Of a stretch of 64,000 nt of DNA, positions 17,648 through 35,712 are shown piece by piece; position 1 is the first letter of the stretch; every line of letters begins with the position of its first letter. Under the pieces are notes generated by a model. That model saw only the letters and a program-made list of their open reading frames with translations, was not told the DNA's origin and did not search any database. The DNA is taken from sequence record OM386661.1; one strand, given 5' to 3'. Source of the DNA: Escherichia phage vB_EcoM_ESCO45. The position numbers were made by a program, and so were the translations under genes.

Positions 17648-18046
17648 ATGAAAACAGAATCTAGAGTAATTAATGGTAAGAAAGTAAATATTGTTCTGCT
17701 TGGGGCAAGAGATGGTATTAAGATGTCTATGAAGTTGGGTAAAATTGTTGTTCCAACCTTTGCACAGATGCTATCAAGTCTGACTGACAAGGGTAAGAAG
17801 GAAGCTCCGACGGTTCCATTTAAAGAACTTGTTGAAGCTTGTTTTGACAGAATTGAAGAAATTAACCTTGAAGAGATGGCGACCCTGTTATTTCAAGGGG
17901 CAACTGTTGATGACTTCCCACTTAATATTGATACATACTTCCAAGCAAACTATGGTGAATTTATTGATTACTTAGCATTTGCGCTGGAGGCAAACTTCGG
18001 AAGTTTTTTCGAAGCAAGCATTTTCAAAAGCCTAACTTCTCAGTAA
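17648..18046 (+). CDS. tail assembly chaperone (gpG-like)
   Basis: Small ORF immediately upstream of tape measure; contains candidate slippery heptamer near 3' end. Confidence 0.5.
   Translation: MKTESRVINGKKVNIVLLGARDGIKMSMKLGKIVVPTFAQMLSSLTDKGKKEAPTVPFKELVEACFDRIEEINLEEMATLLFQGATVDDFPLNIDTYFQANYGEFIDYLAFALEANFGSFFEASIFKSLTSQ
18004..18010 (+). other. candidate -1 programmed frameshift site (T TTT TTC)
   Basis: X_XXY_YYZ heptamer in zero frame of 17648..18046; the -1 frame is open from about 17968 through 18288. Confidence 0.4.
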
Positions 18047-18048
18047 AC

Positions 18049-18287
18049 ATGGGTAACACTCTACAGACACCACTAACTGATGCTGCTGTAGAGGCAACCT
18101 ATGAAGAAGCAGACGAGATGAAATTTGTGCTTGCTATTTATGGTATGGAAGGGTGTAAAGAAACACTTGACCAACTCTTTGCTATGACATTCTCTGATTT
18201 ATTATCATTGAGACAATTTCTTGAGATTCAGAGGTCGTATAAAGAGGAAATTGCTTACAACGAACTTAGAAGAGCAGGAAAAATGTA

Positions 18288-18288
<1 letters not shown>
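18049..18288 (+). CDS. tail assembly chaperone extension (gpGT-like -1 frame ORF)
   Basis: In -1 frame relative to 17648..18046, ends at tape-measure start. Confidence 0.45.
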
Positions 18289-26319
<8,031 letters not shown>

Positions 26320-26321
26320 TA

Positions 26322-27470
26322 ATGGCAGTAGGTGAAATTCAAATTAGTGCCTTGCCTCAAGCAGCCTTACCGATTGACCTTAGTGATATCTTCCATCTTA
26401 AACAGGGTATCGAGGATAAGAGATGTACTCTTGAGCAATTACTTGCTCCACACTCAAGCCTAAGAAATAACCCTCATGGTGTTACTAAGACACAAATTGG
26501 TTTAGATAACGTTATTAATGCTCTCCAGTTAGTTGCTGAAAATAACTTATCAGACATTGTTAGTGTAGCTGAGGCAAGAGCAAATCTACAGATTATGTCT
26601 TCAGAAGAGGTTAATAATCTTATTCAACAGCATATTGATGATAAGAGTAACCCACACAACACCACTAAGGCACAGGTTGGGTTAAGCAATGTTCAGAACT
26701 GGGTGACATCTAACCTTTATAATGAGGATGCAGATAAGTATGCTACAGCAAGAGCAGTAAATAACTTGTACAAGGCTGTTCAGGCTTCTTATCCAGTAGG
26801 TACTATCCATCTCTCTATGAATCCTGCAAACCCTTCTACATATTTAATTTGTGGAGGTACTTGGGAGTTAGTTTCAAGAGGAAGAGCACTTGTAGGTTAT
26901 GATAGTGCTTCTAGGCCAGTTGGTTCAACGTTTGGTTCGCAGACTACTGCACTGACAGTTAACAACATTCCTGCACATACTCACTCAGTATACGTCACTG
27001 GTGGTGGTCACACACACGGTGCAACGGCATCTATCAGTGCTTTTGACTACGGTACTAAAGGGACTACAACGTTTGACTATGGAACAAAGACTGTATCTAC
27101 TTATGACTATGGTAACAGAACAACCAGTGCTGCTGGTTTAACACAAACAACATTCATTAATCGTGGTTATGCTGATGGTGGTTGGAGAGGTTTATCAGTT
27201 GAGGGGGCAAGCTATGACCCAAGAGCTACGCTGACAACAGCTAACAACCACACTCACTCTGTAGCAATTGGTGCGCATAATCACACAGTTGAGATTGGTG
27301 CTCACAGTCATTCTGTTGCAATTGGCTCCCACAACCACTCAGCAACAGTAACAGTAACCGGAGCAGGTGAGCATTCGCACTCTGGCACAACTGGCACAAC
27401 TGGTTCTGGTCAAGCATTTAGCGTTGAACAGCCATCCTTCGTATTGTATGTATGGCAGAGAACAGCTTAA
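26322..27470 (+). CDS. tail fibre protein with His-box (HxH) repeats
   Basis: Repeated HTHS / HNHT / HSHS motifs like metal-binding His boxes of T4 gp37-type fibre tips; C-terminus shared with next fibre gene. Confidence 0.65.
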   Translation: MAVGEIQISALPQAALPIDLSDIFHLKQGIEDKRCTLEQLLAPHSSLRNNPHGVTKTQIGLDNVINALQLVAENNLSDIVSVAEARANLQIMSSEEVNNLIQQHIDDKSNPHNTTKAQVGLSNVQNWVTSNLYNEDADKYATARAVNNLYKAVQASYPVGTIHLSMNPANPSTYLICGGTWELVSRGRALVGYDSASRPVGSTFGSQTTALTVNNIPAHTHSVYVTGGGHTHGATASISAFDYGTKGTTTFDYGTKTVSTYDYGNRTTSAAGLTQTTFINRGYADGGWRGLSVEGASYDPRATLTTANNHTHSVAIGAHNHTVEIGAHSHSVAIGSHNHSATVTVTGAGEHSHSGTTGTTGSGQAFSVEQPSFVLYVWQRTA

Positions 27471-27482
27471 TTTCTTTACAGG

Positions 27483-27506
27483 GGCTGTATAGCCCCTTTT
27501 AAGAGG
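27483..27506 (+). terminator. rho-independent terminator
   Basis: GGGGCT-GTAT-AGCCCC hairpin followed by TTTT. Confidence 0.5.
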
Positions 27507-27516
27507 AAAATTTATA

Positions 27517-29871
27517 ATGGCAGATTACAAGTTGAGTGAATTAAACTCAATTGATACAATTCGTTCAGACGACCTTCTTCATGTCAGAGTTAAAAAGAGA
27601 CCTGAAATGCTGGGTGATGAAGACCGTCGAATGACCTATCAAGACTTCTTAGCATCTTTTAAACTTGAAAGATTTGTTCAGATTGCTGGTAGCACTATGA
27701 CGGGTGACTTAGGGATTGTTAAGTTACTTTATGGTGGTAAGGCAGTATTTGACCCAACAGGCTCTTCTGAGATTACTATTGGGGATGTTTTAAAGACTTT
27801 TAAAATTAACGCAAATGGTCTTAAACTAACTATTGCAGATGCTTCAAGGTCGGCAACTGTTTATCATACTTTGAATAAACCAAGTCCTAATGAACTTGGG
27901 ATGAGAACTAATGAAGAAAATGATGCAAGATATGCAAGGCTTGCTGTAACAAACACATTCTCTGGGACTCAAAATATTCTCTCTGACAATGAAGCCCTTA
28001 TTTTTAAGAATACCACACAAGGGATGCCACTCTATATTCGTGGTCAAGATGCAGATGGCACTAACAGATGGTATCTAGGTAATGATAATAGAAACACAGA
28101 CAACCTTGTTTTAAAAAACGTTAAATCTGGTGCATACGTAGCGATTTTAGCTAACCTAATCTCTGTGAATAAATCAATTCAAATCACTGGCCAAGTTCAA
28201 CCTTCGGACTTCTCTAACTTAGATGCTAGATACTTCACTCAGACAGTAGCTAATCAGAGATTTGCACAGTTAACTGCTGATAATACTTTTAGTGGCTCTA
28301 ACACTTTCAACCAACTAAATGTTTTCAAAAAAGATGGTGAAGTAATTAGGCTACAGAATGCCAATGCTGCACAACCATTGTACATTAAAGCGATTGATAG
28401 CACAGGTGCCAACAGATGGTACATTGGTAATAATAATGGAGGTGATAACGTAGCTCTAGAAAACTACAAAACTAGTGGCAAAATTACTGTAGGGACAAGT
28501 GTTGATATCAATAAAACACTAACTGTAACTGGTCAAGTACAACCTTCCGATTGGGCTAACATTGACTCTAGATACATTCCAGCAGCTACTTTGAGCAATC
28601 TTGCTAAGCTAAGCGATGTAAACACTTTCAGGTCTGCGCAAGTTATCAACCAGAATGGCTCACTGTTACGGCTAAAGAACACCACACAAGATAATGAGCT
28701 ATACATTGCTGGTCATAATGCTGATAATGCGAGAAGATGGTACATTGGTAGCGGGGAAAGAGACAACCCAACAAGGCTTATTATCCACAACGACAGAACT
28801 TTAACTACGATTTATATGCAAGATGATTTCTTGCTGAATAAAACTGTTAGAATTACTGGTCAAGTTCAACCATCTGATTGGTCTAACTTAGATGCTAGAT
28901 ACTTCACTCAGGCAGCAGCTAATCAGAGATTCATGGTTGCAGGTTCTACAGGAGAAGCTACAGAGCAGAATGCAGATGGTGTGGCATGGAACGCTAAAAC
29001 AGGCTTATATAATGTAACCTCAACAAATGCTGATTACACAGCACTTGTGTTTCAAATGTATCAGGGGGTTAACTCTTCTACTGCCTGTGCGCAATTAAAG
29101 TTCCAGTATAAGAACGGTGGGATGTGGTACAGAACATCTGTAGATAGTAAAGGCTTTGAAGCTAAGTGGTCTAAGATTTACACAGAAGCACAGAAGCCAA
29201 CACCTTCAGAGCTTGGTGCATACACTAAAGCAGAAACTGACCAGAAAATTGCACAGGCAGTAAGTGACTCTACAGACCTTAACAAAATCTATCCAGTAGG
29301 TATTGTAACGTGGTTTAACAGTAATGTTGACCCTAATACAGCACTGCCTGGTCTAACTTGGACGTATCTGAACAACGGTGTTGGTAGAACTATCAGAATT
29401 GCAGCAGCAAACGGTTCAGATGTTGCTACAACAGGTGGTTCAGATTCTGTTACGTTAGCAGTTGGAAACTTACCTTCACACACTCATAGTTTCTCTGCGA
29501 CTACCTCATCGTTTGACTACGGAACAAAAAACACTAACACGACTGGTGCTCACACCCACACTGTAAGTGGTTCTGCTGCATCTGCTGGTAACCACAACCA
29601 CGCTATCTCATGGATTGGTCAGAACTCTACACACTATTCTGGTGGTGGTGGTGGTAAAATCGGTACAGGACCGGGTTACACTGATTCTGCTGGTGCTCAC
29701 ACCCACACAATCTCTGGTACTGCTGCATCAAATGGTAACCATGCTCACAGTGTTGGTATTGGTGCTCACACCCATACAGTAAGCGGTAACACTGGCGGTA
29801 CAGGTTCTGGTTCAGCATTTAGTGTTACTAACCAGTTCTATAAGTTAATGGCTTGGGTAAGAACTGCTTAA
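27517..29871 (+). CDS. long tail fibre protein with internal repeats and His-box tip
   Basis: 784 aa; about four ~100-aa repeats (GQVQPSDW/FSNLDARYFTQ...RWYIGN); C-terminal HTHT/HNHA/HAHS boxes; last ~20 aa similar to 26322..27470. Confidence 0.7.
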   Translation: MADYKLSELNSIDTIRSDDLLHVRVKKRPEMLGDEDRRMTYQDFLASFKLERFVQIAGSTMTGDLGIVKLLYGGKAVFDPTGSSEITIGDVLKTFKINANGLKLTIADASRSATVYHTLNKPSPNELGMRTNEENDARYARLAVTNTFSGTQNILSDNEALIFKNTTQGMPLYIRGQDADGTNRWYLGNDNRNTDNLVLKNVKSGAYVAILANLISVNKSIQITGQVQPSDFSNLDARYFTQTVANQRFAQLTADNTFSGSNTFNQLNVFKKDGEVIRLQNANAAQPLYIKAIDSTGANRWYIGNNNGGDNVALENYKTSGKITVGTSVDINKTLTVTGQVQPSDWANIDSRYIPAATLSNLAKLSDVNTFRSAQVINQNGSLLRLKNTTQDNELYIAGHNADNARRWYIGSGERDNPTRLIIHNDRTLTTIYMQDDFLLNKTVRITGQVQPSDWSNLDARYFTQAAANQRFMVAGSTGEATEQNADGVAWNAKTGLYNVTSTNADYTALVFQMYQGVNSSTACAQLKFQYKNGGMWYRTSVDSKGFEAKWSKIYTEAQKPTPSELGAYTKAETDQKIAQAVSDSTDLNKIYPVGIVTWFNSNVDPNTALPGLTWTYLNNGVGRTIRIAAANGSDVATTGGSDSVTLAVGNLPSHTHSFSATTSSFDYGTKNTNTTGAHTHTVSGSAASAGNHNHAISWIGQNSTHYSGGGGGKIGTGPGYTDSAGAHTHTISGTAASNGNHAHSVGIGAHTHTVSGNTGGTGSGSAFSVTNQFYKLMAWVRTA
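28190..28930 (+). repeat. intragenic tandem repeats (about 300-bp units) in long tail fibre gene
   Basis: Protein motif GQVQPSD[WF][SA]N[LI]D[AS]RY recurs about every 100 aa; boundaries approximate. Confidence 0.5.
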
Positions 29872-29878
29872 TCCCTTG

Positions 29879-29907
29879 TTGACTGATTGTTAAGATGGTG
29901 TTAATAT
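29879..29907 (+). promoter_or_regulatory. sigma70-like promoter
   Basis: TTGACT-17-TAATAT between tail fibre stop and the holin-like gene. Confidence 0.5.
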
Positions 29908-29950
29908 TCTTTATGGGTATTCTCACCATCTTGGCTGATGAGGTGATTAA

Positions 29951-30145
29951 ATGCCTACAATCCTAGCAATTCTCCTAAAAAATCTAGGTAGCTTCTTCTG
30001 GAAGCTCATTTTATCCCTTCTAAGTGAATACATGATTGAGAAAGTGTTCTTTAAGCTTGCAAGATATCTTGCGAGTAAAACAGACACACCTATTGATGAT
30101 GAGTTCGTAGACAACTTAGAAAAAGCTTTTAAGGGGGAGGAATAA
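29951..30145 (+). CDS. putative holin-like small membrane protein
   Basis: 64 aa, hydrophobic N-terminal helix, charged acidic C-terminus. Confidence 0.35.
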   Translation: MPTILAILLKNLGSFFWKLILSLLSEYMIEKVFFKLARYLASKTDTPIDDEFVDNLEKAFKGEE

Positions 30146-30511
30146 ATGAAGTGGCTAGAGGAAGCTTTTAAAAACAATATTGGTGCAATTGTAGTTGGTA
30201 TTTTTAGTGTTATCGGAATGTATACCACCATGCAAGTGTCAAGTGGTAAACAAGAGGTGTCTGTCAAAACAAAGTTACAACAGTTGGATAATTACACAAG
30301 TAGTAACTATTCAGCTATTCGTGATTTACAGTCTGACATGAGACTGCTTCAGTTAGGGATGGAGAACCAGAAAGTTCAGTTAGAGAATGTTAAGGGTGAA
30401 AACGCAAAACTTACCAAAACTCTTGATAAATTCTCTGACAGTGTGAATAATCTGGCTCAATCAGTATCAGCCCTCCAAGCTATTACTGAGAAGAATACAG
30501 AAGAACACTGA
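30146..30511 (+). CDS. membrane-anchored coiled-coil protein (spanin-like or lysis accessory, putative)
   Basis: N-terminal transmembrane helix followed by coiled-coil heptads. Confidence 0.3.
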   Translation: MKWLEEAFKNNIGAIVVGIFSVIGMYTTMQVSSGKQEVSVKTKLQQLDNYTSSNYSAIRDLQSDMRLLQLGMENQKVQLENVKGENAKLTKTLDKFSDSVNNLAQSVSALQAITEKNTEEH

Positions 30512-30522
30512 AAATAAAATTT

Positions 30523-30551
30523 TAAGGCTCCTTTTTACGGGAGCCTTTTTT
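30523..30551. terminator. bidirectional rho-independent terminator between convergent gene blocks
   Basis: GGCTCC-TTTTTAC-GGGAGCC hairpin with T-run on plus strand and A/T-run for minus strand. Confidence 0.6.
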
Positions 30552-30554
30552 GTT

Positions 30555-31454
30555 TTACTTACCTACTGACAAAGGTGCTTCAATCTTTCCTGCATGTTGG
30601 TAGTTGTTAATGCCACCAATAAAATCACTTGCAGTAAGGTGTTTTAGGTCACTTAGTGTGTTAAGCTGTACACCAATCTCAAAAGTAGGTGCATGAAACT
30701 CTTCATTGTTCATCAGTTCATAAACCTGTTTCATATGGTTCTGATAAATCTGAGTATCTCCGAAGACGCCTATCAAATATCGTGGAGTGTATCCAGTCAT
30801 CTTACAAAGAACTTCCAGAATAAAACCATAAGATGCAATGTTAAATGGAAGTCCTAAAAAGGTGTCTACAGAACGTTGATACCATTGTAAGTCAACTTCA
30901 CCTTCGTTAGTGATATAAATCTGAAACAGAACATGACAAGGTGCTAAAGCCATCGAGTTGGCTGCAATATCTGCTGCATTCCAAGCATTAACAAGCATGT
31001 AACGGTCTGTGATATCACCTTTCATCTTCGTTACTAAGGTCTCTAGTTGGTCTACAACACAACCATTATGACCTTCGAAGTTTCTCCACTGAACCCCGTA
31101 GATTCTACCACCTGCATCTTCTAGCCAGTCTTGTTCAGAAGAATAGTTAGAGCTTAACCAGCGTTTAAAATCATCTGACCAGATAGTCCAGCGTTCCCCA
31201 TCATTTTCACCCCAAGTACGATAACGGAGTTCACCAAGCTTATTCTCACCGTTCAGGAACCATAAAGCTTCTCCAATAACTTGCCGTGTAAACACCTGTT
31301 TAGATGTTAAGAGTGGGAAACCAGTACGCATATCAAAACGAAATTGTGGTGGAGCAAATGCAGAGATAACGTCTCCAGTTCGTGTAGTACGCAGTTCGCC
31401 AACGGATAAAACATGGTTCAGGATATTTTTGTAACTCAAATCAGCTTGTGACAT
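30555..31454 (-). CDS. thyA: thymidylate synthase (ThyA family)
   Basis: ALAPCHVLFQIY active-site motif, WYQRSVD, FLGLPFNIASY, GDTQIYQNH, all close to E. coli ThyA. Confidence 0.85.
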   Translation of the reverse strand: MSQADLSYKNILNHVLSVGELRTTRTGDVISAFAPPQFRFDMRTGFPLLTSKQVFTRQVIGEALWFLNGENKLGELRYRTWGENDGERWTIWSDDFKRWLSSNYSSEQDWLEDAGGRIYGVQWRNFEGHNGCVVDQLETLVTKMKGDITDRYMLVNAWNAADIAANSMALAPCHVLFQIYITNEGEVDLQWYQRSVDTFLGLPFNIASYGFILEVLCKMTGYTPRYLIGVFGDTQIYQNHMKQVYELMNNEEFHAPTFEIGVQLNTLSDLKHLTASDFIGGINNYQHAGKIEAPLSVGK

Positions 31455-31455
31455 A

Positions 31456-32001
31456 TCAAAAGTGTCCTTTTACTTGTGGAACATAAATCTCAAAGGTTGC
31501 TTTACCATCATCTGAGGGTCTTGACTGCACCTTTGCAAATACACGGCTATCATACAGTTTATCGAAGAAGTTTTCAAAAGGTAAATGCACAGTGGCCTCT
31601 TCAGTAACTTTATGGAAAACTGTATGGAAAACTACATCAGCATACGGCAAAGCATCGACAAGAACACCTGCACCACCAATTACAAAGACGTCTTCATCAA
31701 TAGAGCTATCAAGATACTTCAAAAATGCTCCAAAGGACTCTTTACTAGCCTTAGCATACATTACATCGTCTTTGTCAAAGTCTATCCCAAAATATGGCAC
31801 AGAGTTTGTTAAGATAAGATTTTCACGTTCTGGTAAAGGCTTACTACCTAGAGTCTTAAAAGTCTCATTACCCATAACTACCAAGTTGTCTTTAGTGAGT
31901 CTCTTAAACTCTTGCATATCTTGCTTATGTCGAGGCCACGGCATACCAGTTGGAGTACCAAACTCCCCATTTTCACCACTTGCAAAGATTAATTTAATCA
32001 T
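31456..32001 (-). CDS. folA: dihydrofolate reductase
   Basis: N-terminal MIKLIFASGENGEFG...PWP DHFR signature; VIGGAGV motif; adjacent to thyA. Confidence 0.85.
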   Translation of the reverse strand: MIKLIFASGENGEFGTPTGMPWPRHKQDMQEFKRLTKDNLVVMGNETFKTLGSKPLPERENLILTNSVPYFGIDFDKDDVMYAKASKESFGAFLKYLDSSIDEDVFVIGGAGVLVDALPYADVVFHTVFHKVTEEATVHLPFENFFDKLYDSRVFAKVQSRPSDDGKATFEIYVPQVKGHF

Positions 32002-32258
32002 TTTGTAAACCCTTTCTTAATAAACCAGTTGATAACATTCTTCACAGCTTTATTGCTATGGTAGATTAAGTGTGGTGTAGGTTGGTATAAACCATAAGCC
32101 CAGAAAGCAATGATTTCATTACATCCTGTACACCTTGTACTCTCTTCAGCAATATGACCGTTGACTATTTCACTTACCTCACCTTGTAAGTCTGTACACC
32201 CACAATGCGGACATCGGATAGGTGTTCCGTCAGACTCATAGCAGTGTTCAATTTTCAT
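31998..32258 (-). CDS. zinc-ribbon protein, hypothetical
   Basis: CPHCGC ... CTGC double CxxC. Confidence 0.4.
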   Translation of the reverse strand: MKIEHCYESDGTPIRCPHCGCTDLQGEVSEIVNGHIAEESTRCTGCNEIIAFWAYGLYQPTPHLIYHSNKAVKNVINWFIKKGFTK

Positions 32259-32498
32259 CTATTTAACCTCAAAAACTGGCTCAAGAACCAATATAAAGTC
32301 TACACAGTCATCTTCTTCATCCAGAATACCATCAAAGTTCTTAGGAACGAAGTCGAAGAGGCTCATAACAAAACCAGCTTCGTCGCCACATGTAACTATT
32401 TTAAAAGATGCTTCATTCTCATACTGTGAAGCCATAAGCTTTTTAAGCATCTCTTTAAGGAAATCTGCATGAGCATCTTGTAAGTAGACATCAATCAT
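32259..32498 (-). CDS. hypothetical acidic protein
   Basis: 79-aa ORF contiguous with neighbours. Confidence 0.35.
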   Translation of the reverse strand: MIDVYLQDAHADFLKEMLKKLMASQYENEASFKIVTCGDEAGFVMSLFDFVPKNFDGILDEEDDCVDFILVLEPVFEVK

Positions 32499-32511
32499 AG
32501 TTAATCACCTA

Positions 32512-32871
32512 TTATGGGAACAGGCACTTAATGTCATCGTTTTTGAAAACAAAACTTGTGTAGTTATGACCGTCAACATCCAGCCAAACAGCCTGAACAT
32601 CTACACCATCAAGATTCTGGTAAAGCTCTTTGATGAAGTGGTCTTTCACAATCTGACTGCTAGTGGTTTCCAGCTTAATGTTCGAGATTGCTGAACCTAC
32701 AGCCATATAACCCATGACACGTTTCTTCTCAGTATGCTTAATCTTACCATCTTTGTAAGCCATAATAAGATTGGAGAGAATCTTTACACCATAATACTTT
32801 TCAAGGTGAGTAGGCACACCATAAAAGCCTAATGCGAAGTTTTCAGAGTGGATAATGTTTTCACGTTTCAT
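32512..32871 (-). CDS. hypothetical protein
   Basis: 119-aa ORF in minus-strand early block. Confidence 0.35.
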   Translation of the reverse strand: MKRENIIHSENFALGFYGVPTHLEKYYGVKILSNLIMAYKDGKIKHTEKKRVMGYMAVGSAISNIKLETTSSQIVKDHFIKELYQNLDGVDVQAVWLDVDGHNYTSFVFKNDDIKCLFP

Positions 32872-32872
32872 A

Positions 32873-33202
32873 TTAGTCTGCCAACCTTAAATTGAAATTA
32901 ACACCAAATTTTTCACACACTCCCAACATATACTCAAGGGAAACATTCCCAGTGAGGTGGATTATGTTGGATACACGAGCCTGAGAGATACCACAAATTT
33001 TAGCAACTTGCTCTTGAGAAAGACCTCTGGATTTAATCTCTCTCTTAAAACGATGTGCAACGAAATCTCTCATTTCGTCTACATCCATTGGACAAATATA
33101 ACTCTCCATTTCAGCCTCTCTATCAGCCTCCCAATCATCTTGTGGGGCATAAGGGTCAAAAACCTCATTCATCTTTCTTCTTCCGTTTGCGTGAAGTGTC
33201 AA
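32873..33202 (-). CDS. HTH (XRE-type) DNA-binding protein
   Basis: LSQEQVAKICGISQARVSNI helix-turn-helix motif. Confidence 0.55.
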   Translation of the reverse strand: MTLHANGRRKMNEVFDPYAPQDDWEADREAEMESYICPMDVDEMRDFVAHRFKREIKSRGLSQEQVAKICGISQARVSNIIHLTGNVSLEYMLGVCEKFGVNFNLRLAD

Positions 33203-33377
33203 TTAATGAATCTATGTTTGTAGCCCTAACCTTTTCACGTTCATCGTTAAGATAATCATCAAGAGCCTTTTCAATCTGTGAATCATCTTGACAGATAACT
33301 GTAAAGACTGTAAAGCCGTCTGTATCATCAATTATCTTACCATAACCGCTTCTGGGATGTAACTTTTTAAGAGCCAT
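33165..33377 (-). CDS. hypothetical protein
   Basis: 70-aa ORF, basic C-terminus. Confidence 0.3.
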   Translation of the reverse strand: MALKKLHPRSGYGKIIDDTDGFTVFTVICQDDSQIEKALDDYLNDEREKVRATNIDSLIDTSRKRKKKDE

Positions 33378-33378
33378 A

Positions 33379-33762
33379 TCAAATACCTGTGCAGCTTCTG
33401 TTTTCTAAGAAATACTCAACACCATACATAGCTTTTTGCATCAAATCTTCTTTAAACTGGATACGGTGGTTGAGCATAGCCTGTACATCAATATCATCAT
33501 GGTGTTTCTCTTTAATGTTTGCAGATTGCAGGAAATACTCTGCAAGAACACGATACTGGTAGTCAGTTACCTTATCAGTCATCTCTGTCAAAGACTCTTC
33601 AGAGATTGGTTTAAGCAGCTCACCTTTATATAGAGCAACACCTTTTACAATCTGGCAAGTGTCTTCTGGAACACCTGATAAGTCCACATTGGGAAGTTCT
33701 GTTGCATTGACTGGTAAATTCATTGCCATAACCGTTGCAGCAGCTAATAAAATCTTTTTCAT
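33379..33762 (-). CDS. secreted/periplasmic hypothetical protein
   Basis: Signal-peptide-like N-terminus MKKILLAAATVMAMNLPVNA; weak minus-strand TTGACA promoter upstream near 33807-33835. Confidence 0.45.
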   Translation of the reverse strand: MKKILLAAATVMAMNLPVNATELPNVDLSGVPEDTCQIVKGVALYKGELLKPISEESLTEMTDKVTDYQYRVLAEYFLQSANIKEKHHDDIDVQAMLNHRIQFKEDLMQKAMYGVEYFLENRSCTGI

Positions 33763-33870
33763 AATGACCTCAAAGTTATATTAAATTTTGTATTACGTTG
33801 AGTATAAAAATAAGCTATAACACCTGACTTGTCAACAGATTTTATAGCTTATTTGGCAGATTTTTTATAA

Positions 33871-34112
33871 GGCTACTGCCATCCTTCCATACCAAACCTC
33901 ACCTGACCTCGCCTAACCCTACCTTACCCCACCATACAGCACCTTATTAAAACACCCTGTTTAAAGACCTTTTAAAAAGGTAAGTCTCATTTTAATGTAG
34001 CTGAGACTAACTACCCATACCTCACCCTACCAGACCCTACCAGACCAGACCTTACCCTACCAGACCCTACCGAACATCACTTAAAAACCCTCTTAGAAGA
34101 CTCTTAAGTGAT
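33871..34112. repeat. composite repeat copy A (G-depleted CA-rich tracts + conserved hairpin + inverted repeat)
   Basis: GGCTACTGCCATCC start, CA-rich tract, CCTTATTAAAA..GACCTTTTAAAAAGG, hairpin TAAGTCTC-ATTTTAATGTAGCT-GAGACTAA, CTACCCATACC, second CA tract, IR ATCACTTAA...TTAAGTGAT; near-identical module order to 35386-35647. Confidence 0.7.
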
Positions 34113-34113
34113 G

Positions 34114-34235
34114 TAATCGAATTTTAATGTAGCTCCGATTAACTACCCATACCTCACCTCACCCAACCATACCATGCCTTGCCAGACCGCACCTTACCTC
34201 ATTAAAAGACCCTCTTAAAAGACCTTTTAAAAAGG
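34114..34235. repeat. partial/rearranged third repeat copy with covarying hairpin
   Basis: Hairpin TAATCGA-ATTTTAATGTAGCT-CCGATTA has the same loop as copies A and B but a different, still complementary stem; then CA tract and CCTCATTAAAAGACCCTCTTAAAAGACCTTTTAAAAAGG. Confidence 0.6.
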
Positions 34236-34251
34236 AGCCTCCGAAGAGGCT
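34220..34251 (-). terminator. candidate minus-strand terminator downstream of cassette
   Basis: AGCCTC-TTCG-GAGGCT hairpin followed on minus strand by CCTTTTT. Confidence 0.4.
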
Positions 34252-34262
34252 ACCTAGTCAAC

Positions 34263-34703
34263 TTAGAAAGGTTTTCTACGTTGCTTGTTAATGTTAGCTT
34301 TCATAGCAGCTAAATGGTTTTGCTGTTCAATCAGTCGTGAACGTTCTTGATGACTAAGCGCCATAGTGTTCACATTCTCAATTGCTTGAGTGGCTTGCTT
34401 TAAAGCTCGACCAATCTTACCAGACATTTTGCGTTTTGCAATAGTTGCTTGATGCTTAGGTTCAACCACACGATAACCAACACCCATTGAAGCAACCAGA
34501 TAAATCTTCTCTTCTTTAAGAAGCTTTTCAATAAACTTCTCAAGTCGGTTTAGACGTGTAAGTGCATAAGCCTTCATTTCATCTTCGTACTTAACAATGT
34601 CACCTTGATAAGTTGGCTTCACAATACCTAAGAAGGTGTCCATCTCGGAATGTGATACAGTGTCGCCGTAACTAAACTTTGCTGCTAATGCTTTTGTATT
34701 CAT
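34263..34703 (-). CDS. hypothetical protein (cassette gene 2 of 2), coiled-coil with basic tail
   Basis: 146 aa, no motif I can assign; C-terminal KQRRKPF. Confidence 0.45.
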   Translation of the reverse strand: MNTKALAAKFSYGDTVSHSEMDTFLGIVKPTYQGDIVKYEDEMKAYALTRLNRLEKFIEKLLKEEKIYLVASMGVGYRVVEPKHQATIAKRKMSGKIGRALKQATQAIENVNTMALSHQERSRLIEQQNHLAAMKANINKQRRKPF

Positions 34704-34705
34704 AA

Positions 34706-35311
<606 letters not shown>

Positions 35312-35385
35312 TTAGTTGATTGTTAAGTTGTTTGTAAAGAACCCTCAACAGAAGACTCTTTAGAAACTTGGTAGATTTTTAACGT

Positions 35386-35647
35386 GGCTACTACCATCCA
35401 CCCACACCGTGCCACACCACACCACACCACACCATACCCAACTCCACCTAACCCTACCACACCTTATTAAAAGACCCTCTTAAAGACCTTTTAAAAAGAT
35501 AAGTCTCATTTTAATGTAGCTGAGACTAACTACCCATACCGAACCTCACCGCACCATACTACACCTGACACCACCTTACACCACCGCACCATACCTGACC
35601 GAGCTACACATCACTTAAAAACCCTTTTCAAAGACTCTTAAGTGATG
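35386..35647. repeat. composite repeat copy B
   Basis: GGCTACTACCATCC start, CCACACCACACCACACCACACC tract, same modules and order as copy A. Confidence 0.7.
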
Positions 35648-35677
35648 CTGGTGAGTACCCGTTGGTTTATGCTGCTC

Positions 35678-35705
35678 AGTATACTCACCAAATTTTCTAT
35701 GTCAA
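35678..35705 (-). promoter_or_regulatory. sigma70-like promoter on minus strand reading into repeat B and cassette
   Basis: Minus strand reads TTGACA-16-TATACT just downstream of the ligase stop. Confidence 0.45.
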
Positions 35706-35712
35706 CAACTTT

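Noticed and set aside
32873-33202. Lysogeny module (repressor with integrase)
   Set aside because: Only a lone XRE-type HTH protein is present; no integrase, excisionase or attachment-site features were seen.
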